64,000 nucleotides of DNA from Kondoa subrosea (taxonomy: Eukaryota): NCBI GenBank assembly GCA_039545335.1, contig BCIN01000003.1, forward strand, positions 620,001 through 684,000. Reading direction: 5' to 3'. The stretch's first letter is position 1. The number at the start of each line of letters is the position of its first letter. A program made the translations under genes and the position numbers. Shown piece by piece: positions 13,104 to 26,129 of this stretch. A model generated the notes under the pieces. The model made no database searches. It saw only the letters and a list, made by a program, of their open reading frames with translations, and was not told the origin of the DNA.

Positions 13104-13819
13104 ATGACAGAGGAAGCCACTACGCTCGCAGAGCTTCTGGATCAGCTACCACAATTGGAAGCCGGTCTCAAGCTAGGCGAGCACTGCGCAGATCAGCGAG
13201 GTGTTATGCTCGATAAGCTGCAAGTGAGACTTTGTTCAGTCCCAGGCTGTCGAGCAGTCTCGCTCATTAATGACTGTAGAGAATAATAGACGCTCAATTG
13301 GAGCAGATCAAGCCTGGAAAGCTTACTGACGAGAACATGATCTCTTTGAATTACTGTATGGTTTGCGCTACTTACCCAGTACCTGTTTCAGACTCCTCTT
13401 GTAGCTTGCTACGATATTCTTTTGCCTGCACTCAGTTTGCTAGATTACAAGGAAGTCTGGAAACTAAAGACGCCTGCCGATCGTTTCATCTATCAAGTTC
13501 ATTACTCTCTCTCTTCCTTCCTTGTCATATTGCCGATCTCGTGTGTTCTTCTTCTCGTAGGTAGCAAGTTCGAAAGGCAAACCGTATACTGTTTATCCTT
13601 TTATCTTCCCTTCTTTCTGTCCGTGTAAAGCTTGGGAGAAATCAGTCTTTACAGATCGGAATCATGGTACGGTTCTGCTATTCTTCTCACATTCATCTGT
13701 GTCTGATGATTAGGACTCCAGTCATCTGCAAACATCTCTTGGCTTGTCTGCTGGCAGAAAGACTTGAAATGTTTAACGAAAGAGATGTGGACTGGGATTA
13801 TGTTGCTTCGCTCCATTAA
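13104..13819 (+). CDS. SWS1: SWIM zinc-finger protein of the Shu complex (SWS1/ZSWIM7-like)
   Basis: Spliced reading: ...LTDENMISLNYC...PALSLLDYKEVWKLKTPADRFIYQ...SSKGKPYTVYPFIFPSFCPCKAWEKSVF...VICKHLLACLLAERLEMF...*. Carries the CxC...CxH SWIM signature with ZSWIM7-like context. The SWIM exons are absent from the ORF track. Confidence 0.8.
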
Positions 13820-14005
13820 GAAGAAGAGGGTCACGGTAACTGAGAAGGTGGACACTTGTAAGAACAATCAATGTAAAACAACAATAGATAAAGGTATTTT
13901 CAATGACAAGTCACATATGCTTCACTAAATGTACCAATATACGAGTGATGCTACAATAACAAAGATGGTAAACTGCGTTAATGAGAAGGATACATGCAAG
14001 GAGAA

Positions 14006-17000
14006 TCAAGCATCGTCAAATTGTTCGTCTTCCCCTTCGGCGTCGTCGTCGAGCCCCGCGGGAGATGCATGCATTTCTGCTTGATCCGACGAAGGTGCGT
14101 GAGTGTCGTAAGGACCGTTCATTTCGTGTCGTAGAAGGTCTGCAAACCTCAGTGAGCAAAAGTAACATCAGTTCGCGAGACCGAAAGCTTACCTATTGTT
14201 GTAATGATCCAGACAGACTTGTCTCCTACTTCAAGAGACCATTTTGATGCTGGAGGTTCGACAGGAGCATCGGCATTTCCAGCACCGGTAGTTGAAGCTC
14301 TTCTTTTCGCTGCTGACCCACTTCCGCTCACACTTCTGCTCGGGGCTGCGGATGTTGAGCCTCTTCGGTGCTTTTTCACTTTGCCTCCATCATTTGTCTC
14401 TGGAATAGCTGGAATGGAGATGCTGTTGGCTCGAGTTCGACCAAAGAGACCAGTCTCCGGACCGTCAAGTCGACTAGAAGGCATATGCGTCATTTGACTT
14501 GATGCCGGTCCGACAAGAAAATCATCATCCACGAGTGCATCGAGATTTTGAGCAGAGGAAGAAGGAGTAATGCCATTTTCTTTAGTAGCTGTAATTGGCT
14601 TTCTATTCTTATTGACGTTGAATAAGCCGACTGCACTGTCTCCTCGGGCCAAATAGACGCTAGGATCGCCTGCTGTTCTTTTTTGTCGTGTTCTTGCTTG
14701 ACTCAGAGCGGCTTGAGGGTCGCCTAAGACTTCAAAGGCGACTTTTTGCAAATGTGTGATCTCTTCGCCCAGAGGTTCGCCAGGTGCAACATTCGTTCCA
14801 GGTGGGTAAGGACTTGTTCGTGCTAGCAGATCTGCCCCAAAAGCCAAATTGCGATCCGAAAGTCGGATAATCAGTAGGGGGCTGACCATTCCAGTGGAAA
14901 GGCATTGGAGGACGACTGAGGTCATTTTGTTAGATTTTGTTTATAGAATCAACCTTTCGGCCTACCTAGCTGATTCGCGCGAATAACCTGTCCCGGTTTG
15001 AACAAAGACGTTCCAGGCGGAGGTTGAGGGTAAGCAGGCTGATAGCGACCTACAGGTGTGACGTCTTGTGATAGAGGATCCACAAGGTAGATCTATGGTA
15101 CTAGTCAGCGGCTAGAATCGCCTTGTAAGCAGGCCCTACTTACCACATAAGCATCCCATGCATCTGGACGAGCCTCGAACTAACGCGGCTTGATCAGAAT
15201 AAGCCAGTAGATCAGCAGAATGCACTCACTGTTGTGACCGGTTCAGATAGAGGATGTCTCTCATGCCCAATAGTTTTCCAATCGTGCATCGGGAAAGCCG
15301 CTGCATTCTTGGACGTGCAGAGATAATTAGTAGTGACGATTTCTATGGTTTAAAGCTTAATAAGTCGTGTCCGAGCAAATCTGAGTAGACGAACGAGTTC
15401 TAACTCGGTTGAACAAGCAGACAATCGATCCATGACACACATTCACTGAAAGAGAACCCGATTCAATATTGAGAACGCGAGATGTTTGAATGGATGCTCA
15501 CTTTCAACGGGAGCTCTTTGGCTTCCCTTCTTCTTGACTGCTTTCGACATGATCTTGACAGGTGGACCTTGTACAGTTCGCGAGAATCCAGGATATTCAA
15601 GTGTAATCATTGCTCTAGTGACCTTATCGCTTGCTTCTAGATTGCTCACGTAGATCCGGGTCGCTAAAGCTCGACCAGACAAAACCGTTCCATCTTCTGG
15701 GTCGATAGCAGCAACACCATTGACAACGCCAATCTTTTCTACTCCGACTTCTTGCGCTGGGTTACCGTCGCCATCGAATTGGATAGTGACTTTGAGCTCG
15801 TCGTTAGAATCTCTCCACCAAGATTGACCGACAAGAAGGACAGCAGGTGGAGGGAAAAGATATCTGCTGAGGTGTTCAGAGCTGTAGGCTACTATATGTT
15901 AAGTGCTTACCGCTTTTCTGTGCCGTAAGACTTTTGACCAAGTCGAGGTGAAAGGATAAGGACAGCGCGATCAGCAATGGGCTTGTCAGGCTGTTGAGTA
16001 GTTTCGGAAGGATCCAAAGGAGCAGCAGGAGCCAATACACTAGGGCTCTTTCTTAAGCTTCGCTGTACGTAGACACGTTCGATAGGCTCACCACTCAGCT
16101 TGCGAAAGTGGACTACTTTCTTGACTGCTCGGTTCTTGCGAATAGGCACGTAACGTCATTTGACTCAATTTGACTGAGGCATTGACTGTGACTGAGCTTT
16201 TACGACGCGTACCACCTGAAACAGGAGTGATCGACCGACTTGTTCGAGTTGATCGAGGTGTTGGTCTCCTACCTTCTTCGTCTTCCGCTGGCAAGAAAGC
16301 TAGTTGAGCGAAAGGATTAGGTGATTGTTGCGCTTGTCTAGGTTGCTGCTCAGGAACGGCTGAAGTTTGAGGTGAATTCCAATCGTACTGATGTCCTGTT
16401 ATTGGCGATCCAAAGTGACCGTTGCTAAAGAATGGCGATTGCTCTTCATTTCCAGGTGTGTCGAGAGCGGTATCATAATGCATGTCGCGGAATTCTTGGA
16501 ACGAAGATTTGCCGTAAGTGAATTCTTCATTCCAACCATTCTCATTTGTCATGGTTGGCAGCATAGTTTGACGAGGCGAGTAGTGATACTGGAGAGGGTC
16601 AAAATGCGAGGACGGATCATTCTGAGCTTGATAATAAGGCGTTTGAGTTTCTTGCCAGGAATGCTGGGGGAAACCAGACCAAACTGTTTGCTGACCTTGA
16701 AATTGATGTACCGCGTGGTTGAAATGCTGCGTATTATGTGCAAAGTAGGTTCCAGGAGCTCGATGTGGGCTATCGTAAGGAGTGTGTGCCTCGTCAACAT
16801 CGAAAGAATTGTGTCTTGTATTTGGATCAGAGTAGTCCAGAGCAGGGACAGACAAGCGACGATCGTGCTGTAGATCTTGCACGTATTGCTGCTGAGGATT
16901 GAAGCTATTCGTGAAGACGATTGGCTGAGATTGCGGAGGAGACTGCTGGAAGTAAACGGGCTGCTGAGGGCTACATTCTGGATAGAAGTACTGCTCTGGA

Positions 17001-17149
17001 GGCTGTTGATATTGCATAGTATGAGCTGACCACGGAAGAGGAGACGCAGGCTTGCAATGTGAAAGATTGCCAGCAGAGTGAGAGATGGGCAGCGCGGAAT
17101 CAAAGTGCTGCTCTTCCTCGTGCGCGTACATTAGCTCTTGGACCTCCAT
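14006..17149 (-). CDS. CSL-family (LAG1 DNA-binding + beta-trefoil) transcription factor, Cbf11/Cbf12-like
   Basis: ILSPRLGQKSYGTEKR/YLFPPPAVLLVG (LAG1 signature), IMSKAVKKK, LFNRVRT, WDAYV, VVLQCLSTGMVSPLLIIR, EEITHLQKVAF. Long Q/P-rich N-terminus from MEVQEL. Confidence 0.9.
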
Positions 17150-17261
17150 CTCCTGCGCGAGAAGAGATGGTGGTCTGAAGACTAAGGTCGAGCTAGCAAA
17201 GTTGTGAGCTCGAAAATTTCGAAATAAACTGAAAGGCGGAAACAGATGAATGGAGATCAAA

Positions 17262-17407
17262 CGTGAGAAGATCAGCGACGTGATTAAAAACGTCCCGCTT
17301 CGGTTAGTAAAATAGACATGTCCCTGAGGGGCTCTTGATTGCGCAAGATCATGGCAATTTTTCGCGCCAAAGTTCAAGAAAGTTTCGCAATGCAGCGGAA
17401 GTGGGAA
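17262..17407. promoter_or_regulatory. Two CSL consensus sites (CGTGAGAA 17262-17269; GTGGGAA 17401-17407) and an SCB-like TTTCGCG (17360-17366) upstream of the CSL gene
   Basis: Exact matches to the established GTG(G/A)GAA CSL consensus; function is inferred. Confidence 0.4.
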
Positions 17408-17585
17408 TAGGAACCTAATTGAGGGACAAAGTCGTGTAAGAGCAGGTGTAGAAGGGTCTGGCTATACACAATACATTGCATAGAATTGGCAAGGTATTGT
17501 AAGTAATAAAGAAGCCCAATGCGAGCCATATTAAGGCTTTGATACTCGGACTTGATAATCGTTTACCCGCAGACTGCCCTGAAGC

Positions 17586-20500
17586 TCATTGCTTGACAGA
17601 GCGTCCACCAGCGGCCTTCTCGACCCGATGCAGTTCTGCAATGCGACTCTTCAAAGCCTGAGTCCAGATTTTGACAATCTGTTGCAACGAGTTGGTCAGT
17701 CAGATGAACTCACGCGAGTCGCATGTATTCACCTTAACAAAGCTGCCTGTTGCAGTGGTGGACTCCTTTGAATATTGCTTGATCAAATTGTCCAGTGCAT
17801 CCTTCCAGAGTTTCAAATCTGCCTTGACCGGGTGGGCGTTGGCTACACCTCCAGTAGTGGGAGACAGTAGCAAAGCATTGTACAAGCGGTCATGAGGAGC
17901 AACATCGATTTGTGCGAGCGTTTCGAATAGCTTGAGGTCGACAGTTGCGATTTCAGCCAAAACCTGCTTGATGAGACGACCGTTGCCCTTGATAGCAACG
18001 CTGGAATAGAGCATTAGCTAGCAAATTTAAATAGTCTGTGAAAGACATGCTGAAGCAAAAGCAACCGTTGGAGATCTTCGTCACCCGGAAACATGTCCTG
18101 GACAGTTTCAGTCAAGTTATTGAGTTCAGGAGCGGAACGTACCAGCAACTCTTCGCAAGTGGTGCCAGGCTTGTGGCTAAAGCTGTATTGCGACAAGTTC
18201 TTGTGTACGTAAACACAACTACCTCGAGCTCTGACTGGCTGTACCGGCGCCGGCACAAATCGCTGGAACTCTCTCTCAGCGCAGAGAGGCGAGAAAAAAA
18301 GATTCGCGCTTTGCAGGTTGTATAGCGAATTCTTTCCGAATAGCCAACGAAAGCTTCTTCTTGAGTTTCGGCGCATTTGCGACGATAGGTTTAAGACACG
18401 ACTGGATGCAACGTGACGAAATTGTCATCCGCCCGAAGTGCTAATCACTTACTATATTGCCAGCCCAAACCGCGCAGACACAACCAAGTAATACGCCTTC
18501 TTCGAAATTTTTTCTTCCGTGGAGCAGTCCTACCAAAGAAGACCCTTCTACGTACCGAGAGTCCACCAAATCTGCGACCATATCAGTGTGAAGATCACAG
18601 ACCTTTCCCGCAGAAGCACGAAAATTCATCGATTGTTTGCGAGAACGCAATTACGGACTGACCTGAGCATCTTGCAGCACTACTTTGGCTTGCTCAACTG
18701 TAATGCTGTCAGAGAGGGCGATTGTTCTGATTCTTCCAGGATTTTGCTGATAAACACCGTTGTTGTCCAACCACTTGGTGACGGTGTCAGTTCCTTGAAG
18801 AAGGAAGAGCACATTTCTCATGATAGCATAGTCCAGCACTGCGCACTGCTTGCCTTTGACGGGTGGAAACAGCGATAACAAATCATAAAAGTAGCCATAA
18901 TCTTCCATATCCTGCTTGACATCAATCTTGAGTATCTTCAAGCATGTACACAAGAATACTGACCCAAGAGCGTACAAGAGCTCGAGCACTAGCGTGTCTG
19001 GTTGTCCAGCAAATTTTGGACATGCCTTCGAGACACTGATGTAGAGGCGTGACTAACCTCATGCACTCCTCGTATTGCGGATGAGCTTCTTTGACTGCTT
19101 CCAAGAACTGGAGCTGCTTCAGAACCCTTGCGGCCGATGTAAACAGCTTGGATAAGGCTTCTTCTTGCATCAGCCTGACGCCAGGTGCTAAGGTCAGGAA
19201 GCGATCGAGTCTATCCAACTTATGATCGTTGGACTTCTTGAGTGATACGAGGTACTCGAATGTAGCTTCGCCGAATGCTTCAGTGATGTGAAAACCGTTG
19301 TTGACGATCTCAGAGAGGAATTGACCATCTTGTGTATCTTGCTGTAAAATTAGCTCGATAACGGGATCCTGTGAAAGCTCGATCACTCGCAAATTTGAAG
19401 CGAATACAGTTCACCCTACTTGAGGATGAAAAGGAGAAAACCCGCATTCCTTAAACAGGCGCTGCAATTTGCCTTGTTCAATTGTTTTCGACTCGCTGGT
19501 GGCTGAAGCGTCAACCCAGTCTTTCGGTGTGCGTCTCCATCCATGTCGCATGTTTCGTTTGTAGCGTAATGGCAATTCGCCTCGAGTACCTTTTGAAGCA
19601 ATCCTGTATGTGTTTCAGCTCATTATGTTAGCCCAATTATTAGTGATAGAAGAGCTTACCAGATGCGAATGATCTAACAATATATCTTAGCTGAGCCTTG
19701 CAAAGTCAGACGTACGACAAAGAAGCTTACTTCATCGTCGCAGTTATTACGCACTGCCTTCATCTCGGTACCGTATAAGGCGGAAGCTTTGCTGATGAGA
19801 GCAGCATAAGCAGCAAAATGCATGGTTTCTGGGTTACACCAGGTTCTTGTGTACTTCAGCCTCAAGGCATGTACTTTGACCAGCAAACTTACTTGGGCAG
19901 AAAGTAAGGTCCACTCCGGGCGTAAGCAAGAATAGCCAATTGGAACAAGTACTTTGAGGCATGAGCGCGCGATCCATCAAGCAAAGAATCCAAGGTCTGA
20001 CTGTCGCAAATGGTACCGATTCGGATCAAGTGAAACAAAGCGTTGTCAGAACCGAAATGCCTCATTAGCCATTCGGCACGAGCATAAGGTTCCTACTGGG
20101 ATAAGCATGAGATGCACATGTGTATATACAGGCATACCTTTGAGATCTTATTGAAACGCTTGCAAGTTTGACTGAAGCGCAAGGTAGATTTGGTTTTAGG
20201 CTCAACGTAAGAGAAGATCATAATGAGGAGCTTGAGAAGACTTTAGGCAAGGGAAAGAAGATAGATAGCAAGTAGACTTACTTCGTCTGACAGGTCATCG
20301 AAAGGTTGCTCAACAGGCCAGTGGATTTTGCGGCATCGGCGAATCTTCTTTGGCTTTTCCGAGTCCATCTCATAAGTAGATTCGGAATCAGAAGCATCAG
20401 AGCCTTTTCCACCTTTCTTGCGAGCATTGCGTTTCTCGCCTGGACCGAGGAAATCATCGTCCGAGCTTTCGTGAGTCTGATCATCTTCTTCCTCATCATC

Positions 20501-20674
20501 AGATGCATTAGAGTCGTCTTCATCGTCATCGCTAGCATCAAAGCCGCTTTTATCGCCTTGACCAGTTTCATTGTTGTTTTCGAGATCCGACAGATCAGTC
20601 AAGGAGGCATCACTGTCAAAGCCTGCTGCAGCAATCAAGCGCTTGTTCTCAATAGCTTTAGTGCGCTTCGTCAT
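17586..20674 (-). CDS. F-box protein with acidic N-terminus and helical C-terminal region
   Basis: D/E-rich N-terminus, then spliced FDDLSDE/LLIMIFSYVEPKTKSTLRFSQTCKRF (F-box pattern). Several further exons end at IVKIWTQALK...SVKQ*. Confidence 0.7.
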
Positions 20675-20869
20675 GGCGAGACTTGAGCAGTTGGTAGAAG
20701 CTGGAATAGCAGCTCGCCGCAAGTTGTCTGCAGACCGTGATCGAATCTTTCCTCTTGTTGTCTCGCGTTCTTTTCCATCTCAGAGCCTGCTGTACCTCTG
20801 CTAGGTCATATTGCGCGTGGGATCGGAGCGCTTTCTTACCCTTCCCAAAATTTACTTGGCTTAGTCAGC

Positions 20870-22773
20870 ATGTCTGAAGAATTTCCTATAGCTGCTGTGT
20901 CTGTGCAAAACGAGTCTCGAAGGCGAGGATATCTGCCTCTGTGGGTCAACCGGACGCTGGCGAAACTCTTCGCTTGCAATTTCGCCTGTGAGAACAGCGA
21001 CTCGCTTGTATTTGCTCACAAATTTAGCGAATTGTGCACGGACAGTGGCTACTTGTGGCTTTCACGATGCTGTAGCAGGAGCTCTACTGCCTTCAATTCA
21101 AAGTCGCTATGGCATTGGCTACTCAGTTGTGTCCTTGCTCTTCATCGGCGCTTTCATAGGCTCCATGTGTTGGCGCTCTCTTTTAAACCCTGTTTTCCTT
21201 GAGTAACATGCTTGAATATAGCGGCTAGCTTTGTGCAAGTTCCGCTAGTGAAAAAGCTCGGCTTTGGCAAAGTAAGTCAATCTTGCTTTGATCCACCATG
21301 CTGTTCACTGATTATTTGCAGCTCCTCGTACTCGGAGCATTCATACAAGCTGTCGCGTATATCTTCATTGTTGTTCCTCTGCCCTTCGGTGTGTGCACTG
21401 TTCAGATCAGTCCTGACTGATGACTTGGCCGCAGCACTTATGGTAATAGCCTATGCGATTGCTGGCTTTGGTGTCGCAATTCAAGACGCTCAATGCAACG
21501 TCTATATCGCCAATCTATCTAATGCACCCTTTAAGCTTGGCATAGCTCATGCGTTATATGGGGTTGGAGCAGTAATTTCACCGCTTGCGGGCACATCTTT
21601 CCTTTCGCATGGTTCATCTTATCGCTACTTCTACCTTACTGCTTTGGGAGTCTGCTTGATCAATATGAGCATTCTTGCATTTACTTTCCAGCTCAAGCAT
21701 GAAATCGAAATGGAAGTTCATGAAGAGCAAACAACCGAATTAGACGATATGTCCGCGCCAATTTCATCAATCACTGCAGATGCTGCTGCCTCAGACTCCT
21801 CCAAGACCCGAGACTCTTCGCCAACTGTCGAAATGTCTGCACCTACTCTGCCGCTCGAGGAAAGAGTTGCAGATCGGAGACAGATGCAGCACTCGTCTGT
21901 GCTGGACTCATTACGTTTTCGTGCTGTATGGGTTGCTGGGTATGTCTCAAATTTTTTCGCTCACTGCAAATTGAGCGTGATAATAGAGTCTTCTTCTTCC
22001 TTTACGTTGGAGCTGAAGTTTCTCAAGGGGGATGGTCTGTATCATACATTATCGATGTCAGAAATGGGTCAACGAACACAGGCTATGTTGCTTCAGGTAA
22101 GGAATATGACTTCATTGCAATAAAGTCTGCTGATCGAAAATATGTTTAGGCTTCTGGGCAAGTGTCAAAGTTGCACTCCGTAATCTCTTGCTTACTAAAG
22201 TTGTTAGGCTGGAATTGCACTTAGCCGATTGGTTGCCGTCCCGTTTACTTTGTGGGTAGGCGAAAAGACAGCTATCTTCATCTTTCTGGGCTTTGCTATC
22301 GGCTTGCAATTCATCATCCTCTTCGTGAAGAATCTGGTCGGCAATGCAGTAGCAATTGCTTTTGTTGGTTTCGCCTTGGGGTTTGGCTTCCTCTGAGAAC
22401 GGCTGGCAGCAATGCTCATAGCACATTCACAGACCACTCTACCCAACAACGATCAGTCTTTTCACCAAAGTCACGCCTAGGAAGATTCATACTGCTGCTA
22501 TTGGACTTCTAGTAAGCATCCAGATCTTCCGTAATGCATAACTCTAAGAATCGATCAAAGGCTTGTCTCGGTCAAGGCGGATCAGCTCTGTTTCCTCTGA
22601 TGGTAGGACTGATTGCTCAGGCGAAAAGCATACGCGTAAGTGTGGACAGCAGTTCAATATAGCTCCAAGCTAACAGACGTTGTTAGGTCTTTCCGCCTAT
22701 CATTATCGCAATGTTGGGTTCTATGACTTGCGTGTGGGTCTTGATGCCAAACGCAGTGCAAAAGCGCGAATAG
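20870..22773 (+). CDS. MFS transporter (Bsc6/fucose-permease-like)
   Basis: GFHDAVAGALLPSIQSRY, GFGVAIQDAQCNVYIA, HALYGVGAVISPLAGT, FFFLYVGAEVSQGGW, GYVASGFWAGIALSR, GQGGSALFP; multiple TM segments. Confidence 0.9.
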
Positions 22774-22890
22774 ATGGAGGATGTACATATGCATGAGGGT
22801 ATACAATATAAAAATGCATAGTATGCTCTATAATCGTGAATAAATCAATGATGTAACTGTCCTCCCTCTACTTATTGCGTATGTTCTGCT

Positions 22891-24218
22891 TCATCCACCA
22901 AAGCGAGCCAACCTTCTTCTTCTCAATTCATCTAAAGTCGGTTCATCCTCAACGAAAGACTCTTCGCTCTCCGGTTCTTTCTCTATCTTCCAATCCACCT
23001 TCTCTTCCTCTTCCTCATCATCGCCAATCTTCTTGTATTCTGGATCTTGTACATCTTCCAAACTAGCAGCCAAAGCCATCCTCAACATTTCTTCTTCATC
23101 CAAAGTAGAAGCGGGTTGATGTTCCGGCAAATGAGGAACAACAGCAGGTAACTTCTCAGGTGAATGAATCCTTCTTCTTCTTGCAAAGCGTTGCTCATCT
23201 TCTGAATCACCGGATTCGGATCTAGTTCTTGCTCGAGAGGTAGAAGCAGAAGAAGAAGCACCGTTTGTTGCTGCTGCTGCCGCTGTTGGAGTGAAAGAAG
23301 TGTAAGCTAAATGACCATTGGAGATGAAGTAATCGTCAGCTGATGAAGTGGGTAGGAAGGATTGATGAGAGGAAGTTGAAGGGATGTCTTCGCTGGCTTG
23401 AATGGCAAAGACTTGATAGCCTGTGGGTATGATCAGTCACTGAAAGATAAACACGTTGAATCGGGTACCTTCTCGCTGTGCTTGATGTATCGACATGCCC
23501 AAGTATAATTTCGAGACTCTTTCTGGCCGCGGCAGAAAGCTATTCAAGTTGAAGAAGAGATCGGCGTTATTAGCGAAGCGTCGAACTATAAATCGCATGA
23601 GCATCAATCTACTAGCAGAGGTTGAGACTTGCTAGTGAACCAATGCTGCGCAAGATTCAGAACGAAAGCTTCTTGCTGTTCTGGAAAGTCTTGATATGGA
23701 GCCATCTCCTGACTGGACCAGTTGACTAGACGCAGTCCAACGACTTCTAGAGCTTTCTCTAGTACAGCAACACTGAAATAGCCAGTATCGTTTGCGTTCT
23801 GTGCACCATGCTTGTCGCTTTAGATCCAATGATTAACGCAATGAAGCCAGCTTACCTGATTTCTGTCATCTAAAGCTTCGCCATCATCAAGAGCAGCAGC
23901 TTCCAGCTGATCCAACTCGGTTGCGATGTTTGCTAATTCGCTTGAGCTGAACAGAGAGGTTTGTAGCAAGTTGTTCAAGGCATGCTGTCAATTACTACCA
24001 TATAAACTAACGCCCATTGGCGACATAGATGACAATACTGACCTGTGCACACAGCATAGAACCCTGTTGCGTGTATATGTATGAGTAACGAGTACTCTCT
24101 GCTCAGATGGGAAGCAGCTGACCTCTTCTTGTTTCTGTAAGCCAAACCATGCAATAAGCTACTGCAGCAGCATAGAGCAAGCCCAGCTCACCTCATGATA
24201 TATTTGTGCCAAATCCAT
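22891..24218 (-). CDS. ATXN3: Ataxin-3/Josephin deubiquitinase
   Basis: MDLAQIYHE/KQEE (12-nt microexon)/GSMLCAQ/HALNNLLQ, GYFSV, QHW, FNLNS catalytic motifs. UIM (EEEMLRMALAASL) and C-terminal LDELRRRRLARF (p97/VCP-binding-like). Confidence 0.93.
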
Positions 24219-24290
24219 AGTGTGCAGATAATGACCAAGACACTATATAATCGAGGCGGTCGTGCTTGATCCTCGAGTAGAACACTCCAG

Positions 24291-26129
24291 ATGAGCACCT
24301 TGAGCTTTCTGAGGCAATACGTCGCGGTTGAAATTCAAGAACAGCTTCGTCACCTTTGTTCACGAGGGCCACCCAGAGCAAGCATGTCGATACCCAACAG
24401 CGCCAGACGGTCGCAGATATACCAACTGGTCTTTTCAATATCAAAGGAACTCTTCTATGGACTCTTCATCTCGCTGCCCTTATGTTTCTATAGGCTATTT
24501 GCTGTCACTTGTTTGAACGCTCCTCCGCAAGTCTTAGATCCTGCCCCTCCTCGTAAATCATATGCAGAGCACGATGCGCAAGTAGAGAAGCTGCAGGCTC
24601 AGCTTAGAAAGTGTTATGTTCTGGGTCAGAAGGTGTCAATTCTGAAGAAAGTTGGCGAGGGACATTCTGCTCGAAGCAATCAATACAAGCATTCTCATGC
24701 TCGATTGGATTTCACTAATCTCAAATCACTATTGTCGCTGGATCCAATGGCGAAAACTGCAGAAGTAGAAGCTGGAGTTAGCTTCTCATCCCTTTGTAGC
24801 GCTACATTAGAGCACAGTTTGTTACCTCTTTAGTCCTATTGTCGTTCAGCTTATACTTGCATCAGATCTTCTTCCTCCAGTTGTGCCTGAGTTCCGCTCG
24901 ATTACAGTATCTGGAGCAGTCTCAGGCCTGGGCATAGAATCTACTTCGTGGCATAACGGAACATTCGATACACATGTCCTCGATGCATCACTTCTAGTCC
25001 CATCTTCTTCTACTCTCTCAACAAGGAAAGAAGATCCAAAACTATGGTCTACTGTAGTGGGATCGAATGGCACTATAGCTCTGCTGACCAAAGCTACTGT
25101 TTCTTTGATGCCTGCTACGAAGTGGATCAAATTAAGATATATCAAGTACAAAACACCTGAAGTATTCGCCAATGTGATTTTAGCAAACGAATGCAAACCT
25201 GTTTCCACTTGGATAGGAAAGGATGTACTCTGTGATGGTATCGTCTTCGGAGATTGTACGATTGGCATGTATGGCGGTTGTGTGACGGATGAAGAAGAGC
25301 AAAGTTGGAAAGGACCGAGATATCGAGATCATCCTGGTCAACCTTTCTTCTTTCAACATGTTCAAGAAGTCTCACGGAATGGAAGTCAAGGAGTAATACA
25401 TGAGGAATTGATACCTACTTTGGAATACCTATTCAGATACGATAGAGGTGTAAGTGCTTACTAATTCAAAAGCAAGAATTAATACTGATAGTATCCAATC
25501 AGGGCTTTTGGGGAGTTCAAGCATTAGCTGAAATGATACCACCACTAAAATGGATGCTTTCCACACCTCTACTTCGACCGATAACCTATGCACTTCTCAC
25601 AACTCAATTCCTCTACAAAACAGCTATGCTCCTCTCCGATGCACACAGAGAAGATGTTGCTCTCTTACAAGACGTCTCTTTACCTATGAACGATAACTTG
25701 CGATCTTATTCTGAGCTATTGAATTGGTTAGGAGATCTGAAACCGATCTGGCTATGTCCTGTCCGGACTGGTGATACGACTGTGGGATCAGAAAAGAGAT
25801 TGTTCGCTCTCGATGGGAAACAAGAACAGAAAGTATTGATGAATATTGGCGTTTATGGCATTCCGAGCAAGAGGAAAGGTAAACTGGCTCAAGTGAATAG
25901 AGAATTGGAGGAACGAGTTATCAATGCTGGCGGTCACAAGGCCCTTTGTGCGTGTTTTGTCAACCACTTGATTGTAAAGCTGAGACGCGATAAAACAGAT
26001 GCTTTCGTTTACGCCTCGAGGGAAGAGTTCTGGTCCTGGTTTGACAGCGAGAAGTATGAAGCTGCAAGACAGAAATATGGCGGTGAGAGAGTCTTTGCTG
26101 GACTTTGGGAGAAGGTGAAAAGAGCCTGA
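24291..26129 (+). CDS. FAD-binding oxidoreductase, Delta(24)-sterol reductase (DHCR24/DWF1) family
   Basis: AEVEAGV, LPPVVPEFRSITVSGAVSGLGIESTS, GSNGTIALLT, EYLFRYDRGAFW, LQDVSLP, PIWLCPV, NIGVYG, RELEERV, Y...RQKY...F..LWEKV. Confidence 0.85.

Noticed and set aside
17150..17377. N-terminal extension of the 429-aa ORF upstream of MEVQEL
   Set aside because: It begins at a non-ATG codon in promoter/UTR-like sequence; an artefact of the ORF track's alternative starts.
24831..24833. In-frame TAG in the DHCR24-like ORF suggesting a pseudogene or recoding
   Set aside because: It lies inside an intron (a|GTTTGT...CAG|at), whose removal restores EHNLLPPVVPEF.
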